A stretch of DNA of 63,993 nucleotides, the filler included, from Chiloscyllium plagiosum (lineage: Eukaryota), in NCBI RefSeq assembly GCF_004010195.1. It is 5 parts of one record of this genome, joined end to end, with 100 filler letters (N's around TTAATTAATTAA, not from the genome) between each part and the next. Parts side by side here need not be neighbours in the genome. Positions count along the whole stretch, not along the records: positions 1 to 31,580 come from NC_057714.1; 4 more parts are not named here. The stretch is one strand, 5' to 3'. The notes under the pieces were generated by a model. It made no database searches. It was not told the origin of the DNA and saw only the letters and a program-made list of their open reading frames with translations. The position numbers were made by a program, and so were the translations under genes. Below, one piece after another: positions 1 through 13,200 of this stretch. Positions within the stretch are counted from its first letter, which is position 1; every line of letters starts with the position of its first letter.

Positions 1-328
1 ATTCCAAACTTCCAGCTCAGCACTGTCCCCATGACTTGTCCTACCTATCTTCTTTTCCACCTATCCACTCCACCCTCCTCCCTGACCTATCACCTTCATC
101 CCCTCCCCCACTCACCCATTGTACTCTATGCTACTTTCTCCCGACCCCCACCCTCCTCTAGCTTATCTCTCTCTCCACACTTCAGGCTCTCTGCCTTTAT
201 TCCTGATGAAGGGCTTTTGCCCGAAACGTCGATTTCACTGCTCCTCAGATGCTGCCTGAACTGCTGTGCTCTTCCAGCACCACTAATCCAGAATCTGGTT
301 TCCAGCATCTGCAGTCATTGTTTTTACC
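1..328 (+). mobile_element. Penelope-like retroelement 3' fragment / pseudo-LTR
   Basis: C-rich tract followed by the recurrent terminal motif cctgatgaagggcttttgcccgaaacgtcgattt...gatgctgcctga.ctgctgtgc, seen many times in the window and linked to GIY-YIG remnants at 2908-3860. Confidence 0.75.
203..235 (+). ncRNA. Minimal hammerhead ribozyme core in Penelope-like terminal repeat (representative copy)
   Basis: CTGATGA (203-209), A, stem II GGGC-TTTT-GCCC (211-222), GAAA (223-226), then near-palindromic CGTCGA. Minimal hammerheads are known in PLE pseudo-LTRs. Confidence 0.65.
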
Positions 329-429
329 TGGTTGAAAAGCCCAGCTCATTCCTCGCTTTATTGATGATTCTGGTTAACAACGTTTTATCCCGTTCCCTTT
401 AAGATCATCTGGCTGTGGTTAGCTAGATA

Positions 430-1080
430 GGGGTTTCTTTCGTTGACGAGCGACGATAAAACTCAAAAAGGACACGATCCATTCATATGGTAGGTGCACG
501 AAAATATGCCTGGACTCTCTGTGCCACCACATGCTACCTTTGAAATGGCTGGGGTAGGGAAAGAGACTGTCCCACATCTCCTCCTGGAATCTGTCTATGC
601 AAAAATGATCTGGAAAAAAATGTGTCAGTTTTTGTTGAGGTTCATCTCGAGTAGCTCCATGACACAGGACTCTGTTCTCCATGGTCTGTTCCCCAGACGC
701 ACACCGAGACCAATATTGATTGCATTTGGAGGATCATCAACTTGGTGAAAGATGCTCTTTGGTCTGCCTAAAAGTGTTGGTCTTCCAGTGTAATGAATTG
801 GCCTTGAGTGAGAGTTGCAGACTGGCACATTCCAAGGTCCAGGACTATGTGCTGAGGGATGCACGAAAGCTTTGGAGTAGCTACCACAGAGGAGCACTGT
901 GCAAGATCACCATCTAGGGTCTTTCTGCCAAAGTATAATGAGGGCCCATTCAGTTATAGGACCTTCTATTTGCTTCAACATATGTAAATAGAGTCTTGCG
1001 TGAGTAGGGAATGCATTTGGTGTTGCAACTGCAGGGAATGGCAAATGCCAATATTTGTTTTTCTTTATACACAAAAAAAA
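430..1080 (+). mobile_element. Tx1-clade (Keno-like) non-LTR retrotransposon, 3' end of ORF2 and start of 3' UTR
   Basis: Degenerate L1/Tx1 C-terminal region 'ETVPHLLLES..AK.IW...SVLHGLFP', then 'WRIINLVKDALW..' and 'C.LAHSKVQDYVLRD' across frames. The 3' UTR resumes at ~2686-2770 after a nested CR1. Confidence 0.65.
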
Positions 1081-2685
1081 AGTCCATATTACTGAGAAGG
1101 AAGTGCTGAATGTCTTGAAATGCATAAAGGTGGATACATCCCAGGACCTGGTTAGGTGTACCCTAGAACTCTGTGGTAAGCTAGGGAAGTGATTGCTGGG
1201 CCCCTTGCTGAAATATTTGTATCACTGATAGTCACAGGTGAGGTGCCAGAAGACTGGAGGTTGGCAAATGTGTACCATTATTTAAGAAAGGTGGTAAGGA
1301 CAAGCCAGGGAACTATAGACCAGTAAGCTTGATGTCAGTGGTGGACAACTTGTTGGTGGGAATCCTGAGGAACAGGATTTACATGTATTTGGAAACCGGC
1401 GTGTCTGTATTTGGAAAGGCGAGGACTGATTAGGGAGTCAACATGGCTTCATGTGTGGGAAATCATGTCTCACGAACTTCATTTGAGTTTTTTCAAGAAG
1501 TAACAAAGAGGATTGATGAGGGCAAAGTAGTTGACGTGATCTATTTGGACTTCAGTAAGGCATTCGACAAGGTTCCATAGAGGGAACTCGCCATTTGGAT
1601 CCAGAACTGGCTCAAAGGTGGAAGATAGAGGGTGGCAGTGGATGCTTGTTTTTTGGACTGGAGGCCAGTGAACAGTAAATTGCCACAAAGATCGGTTCTG
1701 GGTCCACTACTTTTCGTCATTTATATAAATGATTTGGATATGAACGTAGAAGGTATAGTTAATAAATTTGCAGAAGACACCAAAATTGGAGGTGTAGTCG
1801 ACAGCGAAGAAGGTTACCTCAGATTACAATGAGATCTTGATCAGATGGACCAACGGGCTGAGGAGTTGCAGATGGAGTTTAATTTAGATAAATGCGAAGA
1901 GCTGCATTTTGGGAAAGCAAATCTTAGCAGGATTTAAACACTTAATGGTAAGGTCCTATGGAGTGTTGCTGAACAAAGAGACCTTGGAGTGCAGGTTCAT
2001 AGCTCCTGGAAAGTAGAGTCGCAGGTAGATAGGATAGTGAAGAAGGTGTTTGGTATGCTTTCTTTTATTGGCCAAAGCATTGAGTATAGGAGTTGGGAGG
2101 TCATGTTGCAACTGTACAGGACATTGATTAGGCCACTTTTGGAATATTGTGTGCAATTCTGATCTCCTTCATATTGGAAGGATGTTGTGAAACCTGAAAG
2201 GGTTCAGAAAAGATTTACAAGGATGCTGCCAGAGTTGACGGATTTGAGCTATAGGGAGATGCTGAATAGGCTGGGCCTGTTTTCCCTGGAGCATCGAAGG
2301 CTGAGGGGTAACTTCATAGAGGTTTATAAAATCATGATGGCCATGGATAGGATTAATAGACAAAATCTTTTTCCTGGGGTCGGGGAGTCCAGAACTAGAG
2401 GGCATAGGTTTAGGCTGAGAGGGGAAAAGACATAAAAGGGACCTAAGGGGAAACCTTTTCACACAGAGGGTGGTGTGTGTGGAATGAGCTGCCAGAGGAA
2501 GTGGTGGAGGCTGGTACAATTACATTATTTAAAAGGCATCTGGCTGGGTATATGAATAGGAAAGATTTAGAGGGATAAGGGCCAAGTGCTGGCAAATGGG
2601 TCTAGATTAGGTTGGTATACCTGGTCGGCATGGACAAGTTGGACCAAAGGGTCTGTTTCCATGCTGTACATCTCTATGACTTTAA
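1081..2685 (+). mobile_element. CR1/HER1-like LINE, 5'-truncated, degenerate ORF2 RT and 3' tail
   Basis: RT motifs ([32 protein letters not shown]) and the characteristic 3' tail ...ctgtacatctctatgact. Confidence 0.9.
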
Positions 2686-2776
2686 GACAAAGACTGCATC
2701 AAACAGCTTTAGTATATGTGAATGTACATCGTAATCATTTTTATGAATAATGTATATTTTTGCAATTAAACAAGGA

Positions 2777-2905
2777 ATCTGTTCTTATCAGTTTAATATC
2801 AGATATGTCCTTCATCTGGAGACCACACAATAAATTGATTTTGGATCAGGGAGGTGGAATAGGGCTTGCTCCATATACCCCATGCATTGACTCAATATTG
2901 TAGTA
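2777..2905 (+). pseudogene. RNU2: 5'-truncated U2 snRNA pseudogene (starts at about U2 nt 38)
   Basis: ATCTGTTCTTATCAGTTTAATATC.GATA.GTCC...GATTTTGGA.CAGGGAG.TGGAATAGG.GCTTGCTCC...CATGCATTGAC...TATTGTAGTA matches vertebrate U2 from nt ~38 to ~165, including the Sm site region. Confidence 0.9.
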
Positions 2906-2907
2906 GT

Positions 2908-3860
2908 CAAAGAGTTTGGGGCTGGAAAAGCACAGCCAGTCAGGCGACATCCGAGAAGGAGAATCAACGTTTCGGGCATTAACCCTTTATCAGGAATGAG
3001 GCTTGTGACCCAAGGGGGTTGAGAGATAAGTGGGAGGGAAAGGGGTTGGTGAGAAGGTAGTTGAGAATGTGATAGGTAGATGGGGGTGAAGGTGATAGGT
3101 CGGAGAGGAGGGTGGACCAGATAGATAGGAAGAAAGATGGACAGTTAGGACGGGTCAAGAGGGCAGTGCCAAGTTGGAAGTTTGGATCTGGGATAAGGTC
3201 GAGGGAGGGGAAATGAGGAAACTGGTGAAATCCACATTGATCCTGTATGGTTGGAGGGTCCCAACGTGGAAGATGAGGCATTTTTCCTCCAGGTGTCAGG
3301 TACTAAGGGTTTGGTGTTGGAAGAGGCCCAAGACTTGCATGTCCTTGGTGGAGTGGGAGGGGAGTTAAATTGTTCGGCTATAGGGTATTGGGGTTTTTTG
3401 CGGGTGTTCTGGAGATGTTCTTTGAAAAGTTCTGCAAGCTGGCGTTCTGTCTCCCCAATGTAGAAGAGACTACATCAAAAACAATGGACACAGTAGATGA
3501 CGTGTGTGGAAGTCTCTGATGGATATGGAAGGATCCTTTGGGGCCTTGGACTGAGGTAAGTAGGGGGGAGGTGTGGGCCCAGGTTTTGCGCTTCTTGCAT
3601 TGGCTGGGGAAGGTGATGGGAGTGGAGGCCAGGTTCGTGTGGTTGGGGGGGGGGGGGGGGGTGTGAACCTAACGAGCCGACTTTAACGAGGGAGTTGCAG
3701 AGGGAATGGTCTTTACTGCATGCAGATAGGGGTGGGGAGGGAAATATATCCCTGGTGGCGGGATCTGTTTGTCGGTGGCAGAAATAGCAGAGGATAATGC
3801 GATGTATCCAGTGGTTGGTGAGGTGAAAGGTGAGGACCAGGGGGCTTCTGTCAGCACACG
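2908..3860 (-). mobile_element. Penelope-like element, GIY-YIG endonuclease remnant and pseudo-LTR
   Basis: Minus-strand remnants 'PLVLTFH', 'ETSTHVIYCVHC' and 'YIGET.RQL..FKEH', plus the hammerhead-containing terminal repeat. Confidence 0.8.
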
Positions 3861-5089
3861 CCTCATTCACAAACCTAACAACAGTTAATTTGCTAAAATA
3901 GCTCAAGCGTTTATTCCTGTGCCTGCACTCGGTTTTTCTTTGATAGTTTGCACTATACTGCTCAACTTTTCTAAATGTGTGGGGTAAGAAGGGCTTTTGC
4001 CCGAAACGTTGATTTTCCTGCTCCTCGGACGCTGCCTGACCTGCTGTGCTTTTCCAGCACCACTCTGATCTAAACTCTGGTTTCCAGCATCTGCATTCCT
4101 TACTTTTGCCTACTTTTCTAAATGCGTACCGAGTGCTTAAAAAGTGCTTCTTTTCTCATACATTGCATCTGTCCATACGTTGAACCCCGATCTTTCCATA
4201 TAAACATGCAAATCCCTTGCCAGCTGCTCAACTCAAACTCACTCTGGTGCAAATCTACTCATTCCAAAAACGGGTTGTTCAGCTCTCTCTCCCTCTCTCT
4301 GTACACCTAAATGTTATTACCTCATCCTGCTGCAGGCTATGCCTCCTCTCCCGAATGTCACCACATGGCATCAGAAGTGACTAACAAAAAGGGAGATGGA
4401 AAAACTGAGGCCGCCCACCAGTTTTCCCTCATTGCAAAAGGCATTTCAGTAAAACCGAAAAGGGTGAAGTGTTTTATGTTCCTCCATGTTGCCAGCGATA
4501 AAGCTATCAAGGTTTCAATAGCTTTGACTTTGATGGCAGTGTGGATAACTTGGATGTATTGATAATAGAGATTTTATGAACACTGTGAGTCAAGAGAAAA
4601 ACCTGATTTATTTAAGATACATGTTTCTCATTAGACTGCAAGGGCAGTTGGAAACAATAGGTATCTGACTGACCTGAAAAATAATGCAAGGCCTATGAGT
4701 TTCAGCAACTTACCAATTCACTGACACAGGACAAAACTGTGTATAGTATCACAAATGAACAAGTCAGAAGCAGATTACTCAGAGAGCCAATACTTACATT
4801 AGCAAGTGCAATAGACATTTGCAGAGTTAGTGAAATGAGCCAGGGTCAACTGAGGTGGTGCATGATTAAGTGGAATTGCCTGTACACAAACTGGGAAAAG
4901 CATTGAGAAAGCAAAGAGACAACTACACAAATTTGACAACAACATGTGAGAAACATGAAGACACAAAGTAATCTTGCTTATGGGAAGAAGTCAGAAATGA
5001 TAATTGCAGGTTTACTAATGCTTTTATGCACTTTGTTGCTTCAGACAGAACTTAAAGTTTCACAGTACTATCTTCCCAAACTGTTTAGA

Positions 5090-5800
5090 GTGATTGAGAT
5101 GTACAGCACGTAAACAGATCTTTCAGTCCAACTCGTCCACGCCGACCAGATATTCCAACCCAAACTAGTCCCATTTGCCAGCACTTGGCACATATCCTTC
5201 TAAATCTTTCTTATCCATATACCCCATCTAGACACATTTTAAATGCTGTAATTGAACCAGCCTCCACCATTTCCTCTAGCAGCTCATTCCACATACCTAG
5301 CACCAGTGTGAAAAATTTGCCCCTTAGGTCCCTTTTATCTCTTTCCCCTCTCACCCTAAACCTATGGCCTCTTGTTCTGGACTCCCCTACTCCAGGGAAA
5401 ATACCTCATCTACTTATCCTACCAATGCCCCTCATGATTTTATAAACCTGTATAAGGTCACCCCTCAGCCTCCGTACTCCAGGGAAAACAATGCCAACCT
5501 ATTCAGCTTCTCACTGTGAAAACAATCCAAGTTTGTCCTACCTCTCCTATAGATAATACACTCTAATCCAGGTAACATCCTGGTAAACCTCTTCTGTGCC
5601 CTCTCCAAATCTTCTACATCCTTCATCTAATGCAGCAACCAGAAATGTACACAGTACTTCAAATGTGGCCTGATCAAACTCCTATAGAGTTGCAGCACGA
5701 TTTGTTAACTTTTATACTCAATGTCCTGACTGATGAAGACAAGTGTGCTGTATGCCTTCTCTTCCATGTTGCCCACTTTTGTTGCCACCAATTTGCTTTC
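5090..5800 (-). mobile_element. CR1-like LINE 3' fragments
   Basis: Reverse complement of the CR1 3' tail and ORF2 C-terminus. Confidence 0.8.
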
Positions 5801-6974
5801 TGCCCATGCATTCTTTACCCATGATGTGACCACGTCATTATATATGCTATCTATGAGGATCTCAGCCTTGTAGATTTTTGTTTTATTCACTTGTCACGTG
5901 TGGGCATCGTTGACTGCCAGCATTTATTGCCCGTCCTAATTGCCCCTTGAGAAGGTTGTGGTGAGCTGCTTTCTTGAACTAATGCAGTCCACCTGCTGTA
6001 GGTTTTCACACTATGCCATTAGGGAGGGAATTCCAGGATTTTAACTCCGTGACAGTGAAGGAACAACGATGTATTTCCAGGTCAGGATGGTGATTGGTTT
6101 GGAGGGGAACTTGAAGGTGGTGGTGTCCCATGTATCTGTTGCCTTTATCCTTCTAGATGGGTTTCAAAGGTGATTATTCTGTTGTTTGTTTTGAGGCTAA
6201 TCTCCAGTGTCTGGGACCTTGTTTGTGGTTAAAAAGGATACAAAGATCTCTGTCAGCAATCTCCTCCTCTGCCACCTTCAGTACCTTGTGATAGATCCCA
6301 TCAGGCCCTGGGACTTAGCTACCCTAATGTTTTTCAAAACACCCATCACCTCTCCTTCTTAATATCGACATGCCTTAGAGTATCAACAAACCTCTCTCTA
6401 AACTTACCAATGTAACGTACTCATTAAAGACCTCACCTACATTCTCTGACTGCACAATTTAAATTCCCTCCTTTGTCCGGTGCAGACATAATCTGGCAGA
6501 TTATCTTTGTTAAAAAGTGTGGTGCTGGAAAAGCACAGGCAGCATCCGAGAAGAATGGGGGTGGGAGGGTGGGCTGAGAGGTAAATGGGAGGGGTGTGGT
6601 GTTGGGGGAGAAGATAGCTGGGAATGCAATAGGTAGATGAAGTTGGGGGGTGATAGTGATAAATCGGTGAGGAGGGTGGATCGGATAGGTGGGAATGGAG
6701 ATGGACAAGTAGGCGCATGGGGTGGCGTTGATACAGTCATCGATATGGTGGAGGAAAAGGTGGGGAGTTGTGCTAGTGTAGCTGTAGAAGATTCCTTGTT
6801 GTGATTTGAGGGGTTGGGGTTCCCATGTAGCAATTCGAGGGGCAGTCCTCACTTTCTCCTAGTAGATTATCTTTGTTGTCAGCAGTCAAGGTGCTGGACT
6901 GTCAGGCAACTGTTCTAAATCAATCACACAGATGCAGCATGTGCCAGCAGCTAATGCAGCAAACACACTGCAGG

Positions 6975-8225
6975 GGTTCCGAATCCTCACTGAGGCCCTG
7001 AGTCCGAGTTCTCACTGAGGCCGGGAGGTTGAGCCCTCACTGGAGGCCGGTGGGGTTCGGGTCCTTGCTGACGTCGGGGAGGTCTGGGTCATCGCTGAGG
7101 TTGGGAAGTTGGGTCCAAATCCTCGCTGAGGCTGGGGGTTTGAGTCCTCACTGAAGCCGAGGGGTTGTGTCCGGGTCCTCACTGAGGCTGGGGGGGGTCA
7201 GGTCCGGGTCCTTGCTAAGGCTGGGGATCCAAGTCCTCACTGAGGCTGGGAGGTCCGAATCTTCACGGAGGCTGGGTGAGTCCATATCCTCACTGAAGCT
7301 GAGGGTGTCCGAGTCCTTGCTGAGGCCAGGTGTTGGGTCCTCGATGAGGCCGGGGTCCAAGTCCTCGCTGAGGCCAGGGGTTCAAGTCCTCATTGAGGGT
7401 GGGAGGTCCGGGTCCTCACTGTGGGGCTGGAAGTTCAGGTGCGGGTCCTCACTGAAGCCGGAAGTTTGGATCTGGGTCCTCACTGAGGCCAGGTGTTCAG
7501 GTCTGAGTCCTCACTGAGACTGGGTGTTCGGGTCCGGGTCCTCACCGAGGCCGGGTGTTCAGGTCTGAGTCCTCACTGAGACCGGATGTTGGTGTCCGGG
7601 TCCTCACTGAGACTGGGTGTTCGGGTCCGGGTCCTCACCGAGGCTGGGTGTTCAGGTCTGAGTCCTCACTGAGGCCGGGTGTTCGGGTCCGGGTCCTCAC
7701 TGAGGCCGGGTGTTCGGGTTCGGGTCCTCACTGAGGCCGGGTGCTCGGGTCCGGATCCTCACTGAGGCCGGGTGTTCAGGTCTGAGTCCTCACTGAGGCC
7801 GGGTGTCCGGGTCTGAGTCCTCACTGAGGCCGGGTGTCCGGGTCCGGGTCCTCACTGAGGCCGGGTGTCCGGGTCCGGATCCTCACTGAGGCCAGGTGTT
7901 CAGGTCTGAGTCCTCACTGAGACTGGGTGTGCGGGTCCGGGTCCTCACTGAGGCCGGGTGTTCAGGTCTGAGTCCTCACTGAGGCCGGGTGTTGGTGTCC
8001 GGGTCCTCACTGAGGCGGGTGTCCGGGTCCGCGTCCTCACTGAGGCCGGGTGTTGGTGTCTGGGTCCTCACTGAGGCCGGGTGTTGGTGTCCGGGTCCGG
8101 GTCCTCACTGAGGCTGGGTGATCGGGTCTGAGTCCTCACTGAGGCCGGGTGTTCAGGTCCGGGTCCTCACTGAGGCTGAGATTCCGAGTCCTCACTGAGG
8201 CCGGGGGTCCGAGTCCTCACTGAAG
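6975..8225. repeat. GC-rich minisatellite, ~31-bp unit built on the CCTCACTGAGG palindrome
   Basis: Repeated cctcactgaggccgggtgttcgggtccgggt. Degenerate over 6975-7480, more homogeneous over 7480-8225. Confidence 0.95.
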
Positions 8226-8571
8226 CTGGAATAATGCCTCCAAGGCACATGATTCATAGGTGATCAGGGCTGTATGGATGGCATGTATTTCCAGTGCAAG
8301 CTGGCAGCGGAGTAATAAGGCTGCATGCGGGCTCTTGACCAGAGCTCATCCTCTCCAATCTGCTTTCTTGCTTTGTTTTACTTTTGCATCTGCTCTTTTA
8401 TCTCACTTTATTTCGTTTGGTCCATTTTTCCTTATTTTCTGTGGTTGATTGGCTGGCAGAACTGGCACAGCAGTAAGAGCGGGCCATGTGTGGAGTGGGC
8501 GAAACATGGCTTCTCCTGGGGATAGGAGGCTGGTGGCAGATGAGTGTGTTAACCTGCCATTCGGGACCGAT

Positions 8572-9285
8572 AGCAGCAGCATCATTCTCCCAGCGTTCAG
8601 AGCCAGTGGCAGCAGCAATGGGGTCATTCTCCCAGCATTCAGAACCAGTGGCAACAGCAATGGGGTCATTCTCCCTGCATTCAGGGCCAGTGGCAGCAGC
8701 AATGGGGTCATTCTCCCAGCGTTCAGGGCCAGTGGCAGCAGCAATGGGGTCATTCTCCCAGCGTTCAGGGCCCGTGGCAGCAGCAATGGGGTCATTCTCC
8801 CAGATTCAGGGCCAGTGGCAGCAGAAATGGGGTCATTCTCCCAGCATTCAGGGATAGTAGCAGCAGCAATGGGGTCATTCTCCCAGCATTCAGGGCAGTG
8901 GCAGCAGCAATGGGGTCATTCTCCCAGCGTTCAGGGCAGTGGCAGCAGCAATGGGGTCATTCTCCCTGCATTCAGGGCCAGTAGCAGCAGCAATGGGGTC
9001 ATTCTCCCAGCATTCAGAGCCAGTGGCAGCAGCAATGGGGTCATTCTCCCAGCATTCAGGGCCAGTGACAACAGCAATGGGGTCATTCTCCCAGCATTCA
9101 GGGCAGTGGCAGCAGCAATGGGGTCATTCTCCCAGCATTCAGGGCCAGTGGCAGCAGCAATGGGGTCATTCTCCTGGAGTTCAGGGCCAGTGGCAACAGC
9201 AATGGGGTCATTCTCCTGGAGTTCAGGGCCAGTGGCAGCAGCAATGGGGTCATTCTCCCAGCATTCAGGGCAGTGGCAGCAGCAA
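8572..9285. repeat. Minisatellite, 42-bp unit with some 40-bp variants
   Basis: Repeated gcagcagcaatggggtcattctcccagcattcagggccagtg. Explains the 14-aa periodic ORFs. Confidence 0.95.
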
Positions 9286-10154
9286 AGCTCCTTCATTGAT
9301 TGTGGACAGTGGGGCCAGTGGCAGTGGATTCTTCAAGATGTCGGCATTGTTGAGGTGACATCTGCAGCTGAAGCGAGATATGTGGCCCGGCAGCAGCCTG
9401 CTCTGGCAGCGGAGCCTAGTACTCCAGGTTCCAGGGTCAGTGTGGGTTCAGCAGTGTCAGTGAAGTAGGCCTAGTGGCGAAGAGATGACTCCTTAAGTGG
9501 GACGATTCATATATGTTGGGTCCTTTGCAGGTGACAGCAAAACGGTGGAGGTCTCCCTTGAGGGTAGGTGCCAGCACAGACTGGGTTAGAGAGACTGATA
9601 TTCTGAACTGTTTACTTCTTTATTTTTCTAATTTATTTCTATGACCTAAAATGCCGGACTCTTTATTTCTTCGATTTCCTAAGAACTTGATCTGAAGTAT
9701 CTGTACCTAGGCACTTTTGGACCCAAGATAGCAGCAGTTGTAAACTTTTCACTTTACTCATTTGAGTACATGTGACAATAAAGCTTACTGAATTCAGTTA
9801 GAGTCAAGTCCACGCTGAGGCCAGGAGTTCAAATCCACACCAAGCTCAGGAGGTGGAGTCCACATTGAAGTTGTGAGTTCGAGCCCAAGCTGATATGATG
9901 GGCTAGGGGACCTGTTCCTGTGCTGTTCTGTTCCATGTTCTATCTATGTACTATGAATGAGAAGAGTGAATATACTATCATCAAGTTTGCAGATACAAGG
10001 CACTAGTCAGATCATAGCTGGAACACTGTGAATGGTTTTGGTCCCCTTATCTAAGGAAACATATATGGGTATTGGGGGCGGTCCAGAGAAGGTTCACTAG
10101 CTTGGTCCCAAGGTATGGATGGGATTTGTAAGTGAGGTTGAGTAGGTTTGGTTG

Positions 10155-11510
10155 TAGAGTCATAGAGTCATACAAAATGGAGACGGGCCTTTTGGCCCAA
10201 ACTGGTCCATGCTGTCCATCAATGCTAACCCCATTTCCCTGCAGTTGGCCCAACTCCTTCTAAGTCTTTCCTATCCATGTATTTGTCTAAATGCTTTTTA
10301 AATGTTGTTAGTGTACCTGCAACAAGCACTTCCACTGGCAGCTCATTCCATATGCATACCACCCTCTGTGGAAAAAAGATTCCTGTCAGGTTTCCTTTTA
10401 TTCTTTCCCCTCTAATCTTAAACTGATGCCCTCTAGTCCTTGATTCCCAAACCCTGGAAAAAGACTAAGTACTTTCACGCTATCCATGCCTCTCGTGAGC
10501 TTATACACTTCTATAAGATCACCCCTCAGTCTCCTATGCTTGAAAAAAAGAAGTCCTAGCTTGTCTAACCTCTCCCTATACTCAGACCATTGAGATCTGG
10601 CAATACCTTTGTAAATTTCCTCTGCACACTTTCCAGTTTAATAACATCCTTCCTATGAAAACTGAAAACCAAAATTGAACACAACACTCCAAGTGTGGTC
10701 TCACCAATGTCCTGCACAATTGCAACATAACTTTGCAAGTTCTGTACTCAGTAACCTGACTGATGAAGGCTAGTGTGCCAAAAGCCTTCTTCACTGCCCT
10801 ATCTACCACTTTCAGAAAACCGTACATCTGAACTCCAAGGTCCCTCTGTTCCACTACAATCTTTAAGGCCCTATCATTCACCATGAAATTCCTACCTTGA
10901 TTTGGCTTTCCAAAAGGCAAGACTTCACACTTATCTATATTAAACTCCATTTGCCATTTTTCAGCCCACTTCCCCAGCTGATCGGGGTCCTGCTGATTTC
11001 TGATAATCTTCTTCACTGTCCACGATACCGCCTATTTTAGTGTCATTTTCAAACTTACTAATCATGCCCTGTACATTCTCATCCAAATCATTGATATAGA
11101 TAACAAACAGCAATGGGTCCAGCACCGACCCCTGAGGCTCTCCACTAGCCACAGGCCTCCAGTCTGACAAGCATCCTTCCACTATTACCTTCTGCTTCCT
11201 ACCATCAAGCCAATTATGCATCCAATTTGCCAGCTCCCCCTGGATTCCATGCTATCTAACCTTCCAGAGCAGTCTACCATGTGGAACCTTATCAAAAGAC
11301 CTTACTGAAATCCATATAGACTACATCTGCTGCCCTACCCTTGTCAACCTTCCTGGTCACTTCAAAGAACTCGAACAAATTTGTGAGGCATAATCTCTCA
11401 TGCAAAAAGTCATGCTGACTATTTCTAATCAAACCCTGTCTTTCCAAACGCATGTATATCTTATCTCAGAATCTTCTCAAGTAATTTACCCACCACAGAT
11501 GTTAGGCTTA
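10155..11510 (-). mobile_element. CR1-like LINE, ORF2 RT remnant
   Basis: ORFs 10961-11221 and 10582-11016 carry RT motifs (PQGSVL.PLLF..YINDLD, WQMEFN..KC, LVRPHLE). Confidence 0.9.
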
Positions 11511-12609
11511 CGGGTTGTAATCATTGAAGTTTTGAACAATGAGAGGAAACCTTACTGAAACATATATGATTCTTAGAGGGCTGCAATAGACAGATTTCTA
11601 ATCATTTAGGAAATCAAAGGATGTGAGGATAAGGCATAAAAGTGGAATATCAGATCAGCCATGATCTCAATGAATGGTGGAGTGGATGAAATAGGCTGGA
11701 TGGCCTTGTTATGATCTCCCGTCTTATGGTTTTATTGTCTAAGAACTCTAGCAAATTTGTTAATCATTATTTCTTTTTCACAGAACCATGTTAACTCTGT
11801 TCGTTTGCAGTAAACTTTTCCAAACATCCTATTATTCTTTTCATAATCTTAACACTTGCCCAACAACAGATGTGAAGTTAAGTAGCCTATAGTTTCTGCT
11901 TTCTGTCTGCATTTCTTCTTAAACAGAAGGCCTCATTAGCAGTTTTTTAATCTACTGCTCCATACCTAAGGAACAACATGCTACTATTGGAGGAGATCTA
12001 AAGGACATTCACAAGAATGATCTCAGTGATGAAGGCCTTGTCATGTGAAAAGCGGTTGAGGACTACTTAATGGAGTTAAAAGGATGAGGGGAGTGGAATC
12101 TAACTGTAACTTACAGAATACTGAGAGACCTGGATAGAATGGTTGTGGGGAAGATGTTTCCAATTGTAGAAGAGACCAGGACCTGATGGCACAGCCTCAG
12201 AGTGAAGGGACAACCCTTTAGAACACAAATGAGAAGGATTTTCCTCAGCCAGAGGGTGGCGACTCTCAGAACTCATTGCTGCAGAGGGCTGTAGAGGCTA
12301 AGTTATTGAGTATATTTAAGACAGGGATGGATAAGTTCTTGATTAGTAAGGGGATCAATGGTTAGAGGGAGAAGGCAGGAGAATCTGTTTTGAATGGCAG
12401 GGCAGACTCAATGGGTCAAATGGCCTAATTCTGCTCCTATATTTTATGGTCTTATAGTCACTGGAGCCATCTTAAAATACAGTGAATTCTGAATATTTTG
12501 ACTGTTGCTGCCATTATCTTCTCAGCCACTTCCTGTAAAACACTTTGATGCAGACCATTAGATCTGGCGACTTGTTGCCTCTAGTCCAATTAGTTTGTTT
12601 CTCCTGTCA

Positions 12610-13200
12610 TAGGATCATAGAGCCAGAGGTCTACTGCACAGAAAAAGGCTCTTTGACCCATTAAATCTGCACCAGTCAAAAGCAACCACCCACCTATTCT
12701 ATTCCTATTTTCCTGCACTTGGCCCATAGCCTTGTACACATTGGCATTGCAAGTGCACATCTAAATACTTCTTGAATGTTATGAGGGTTTCCACCTCTAT
12801 CACCCTGACAGGCAGTGAGTTCCAAATTCCCACCATCCTCTGGGTGATGAAAATTCTTCTAAGATCCCCTCTAAATTGTCTGCCCCTTACCTTAAATCTA
12901 TGCAACCTGGTCATGAATACCTCCACCAAGGGGTAACATACATTCCTTTCTATGCCCCTCATAATTTTAGATATCTCAATCATGTTCCCTATCAATCTCC
13001 TCTTTCCAAGGAAAATAATTCCAGATCTTTCCAATCTCTCTTCATAACTACAGCTCTCCAGCCCTGACAACATCCTAGTAAATCTCCTCTGCCCCCTCTC
13101 CAGTGCAATCATGTCCCTCCTATAATGTGGATTCCAAAGTTGCACACAATACTCTAGGTGTGGCCTAGCCAAGGTTTTACACAGTTCCAACATAATCTCC
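12610..13200 (-). mobile_element. CR1-like LINE 3' fragment
   Basis: ORF 12705-13193 'LARPHLEYCVQLW.P...LER.QRRFTRML'. Confidence 0.88.

Noticed and set aside
6975..8225. CRISPR-like array of palindromic repeats
   Set aside because: The intervening sequences are themselves repeated rather than unique spacers, no cas genes are present, and the context is vertebrate.
8403..9468. 339-aa and overlapping ORFs with 14-aa periodicity
   Set aside because: By-product of the 42-bp minisatellite. Open in several frames on both strands, with no domain similarity.
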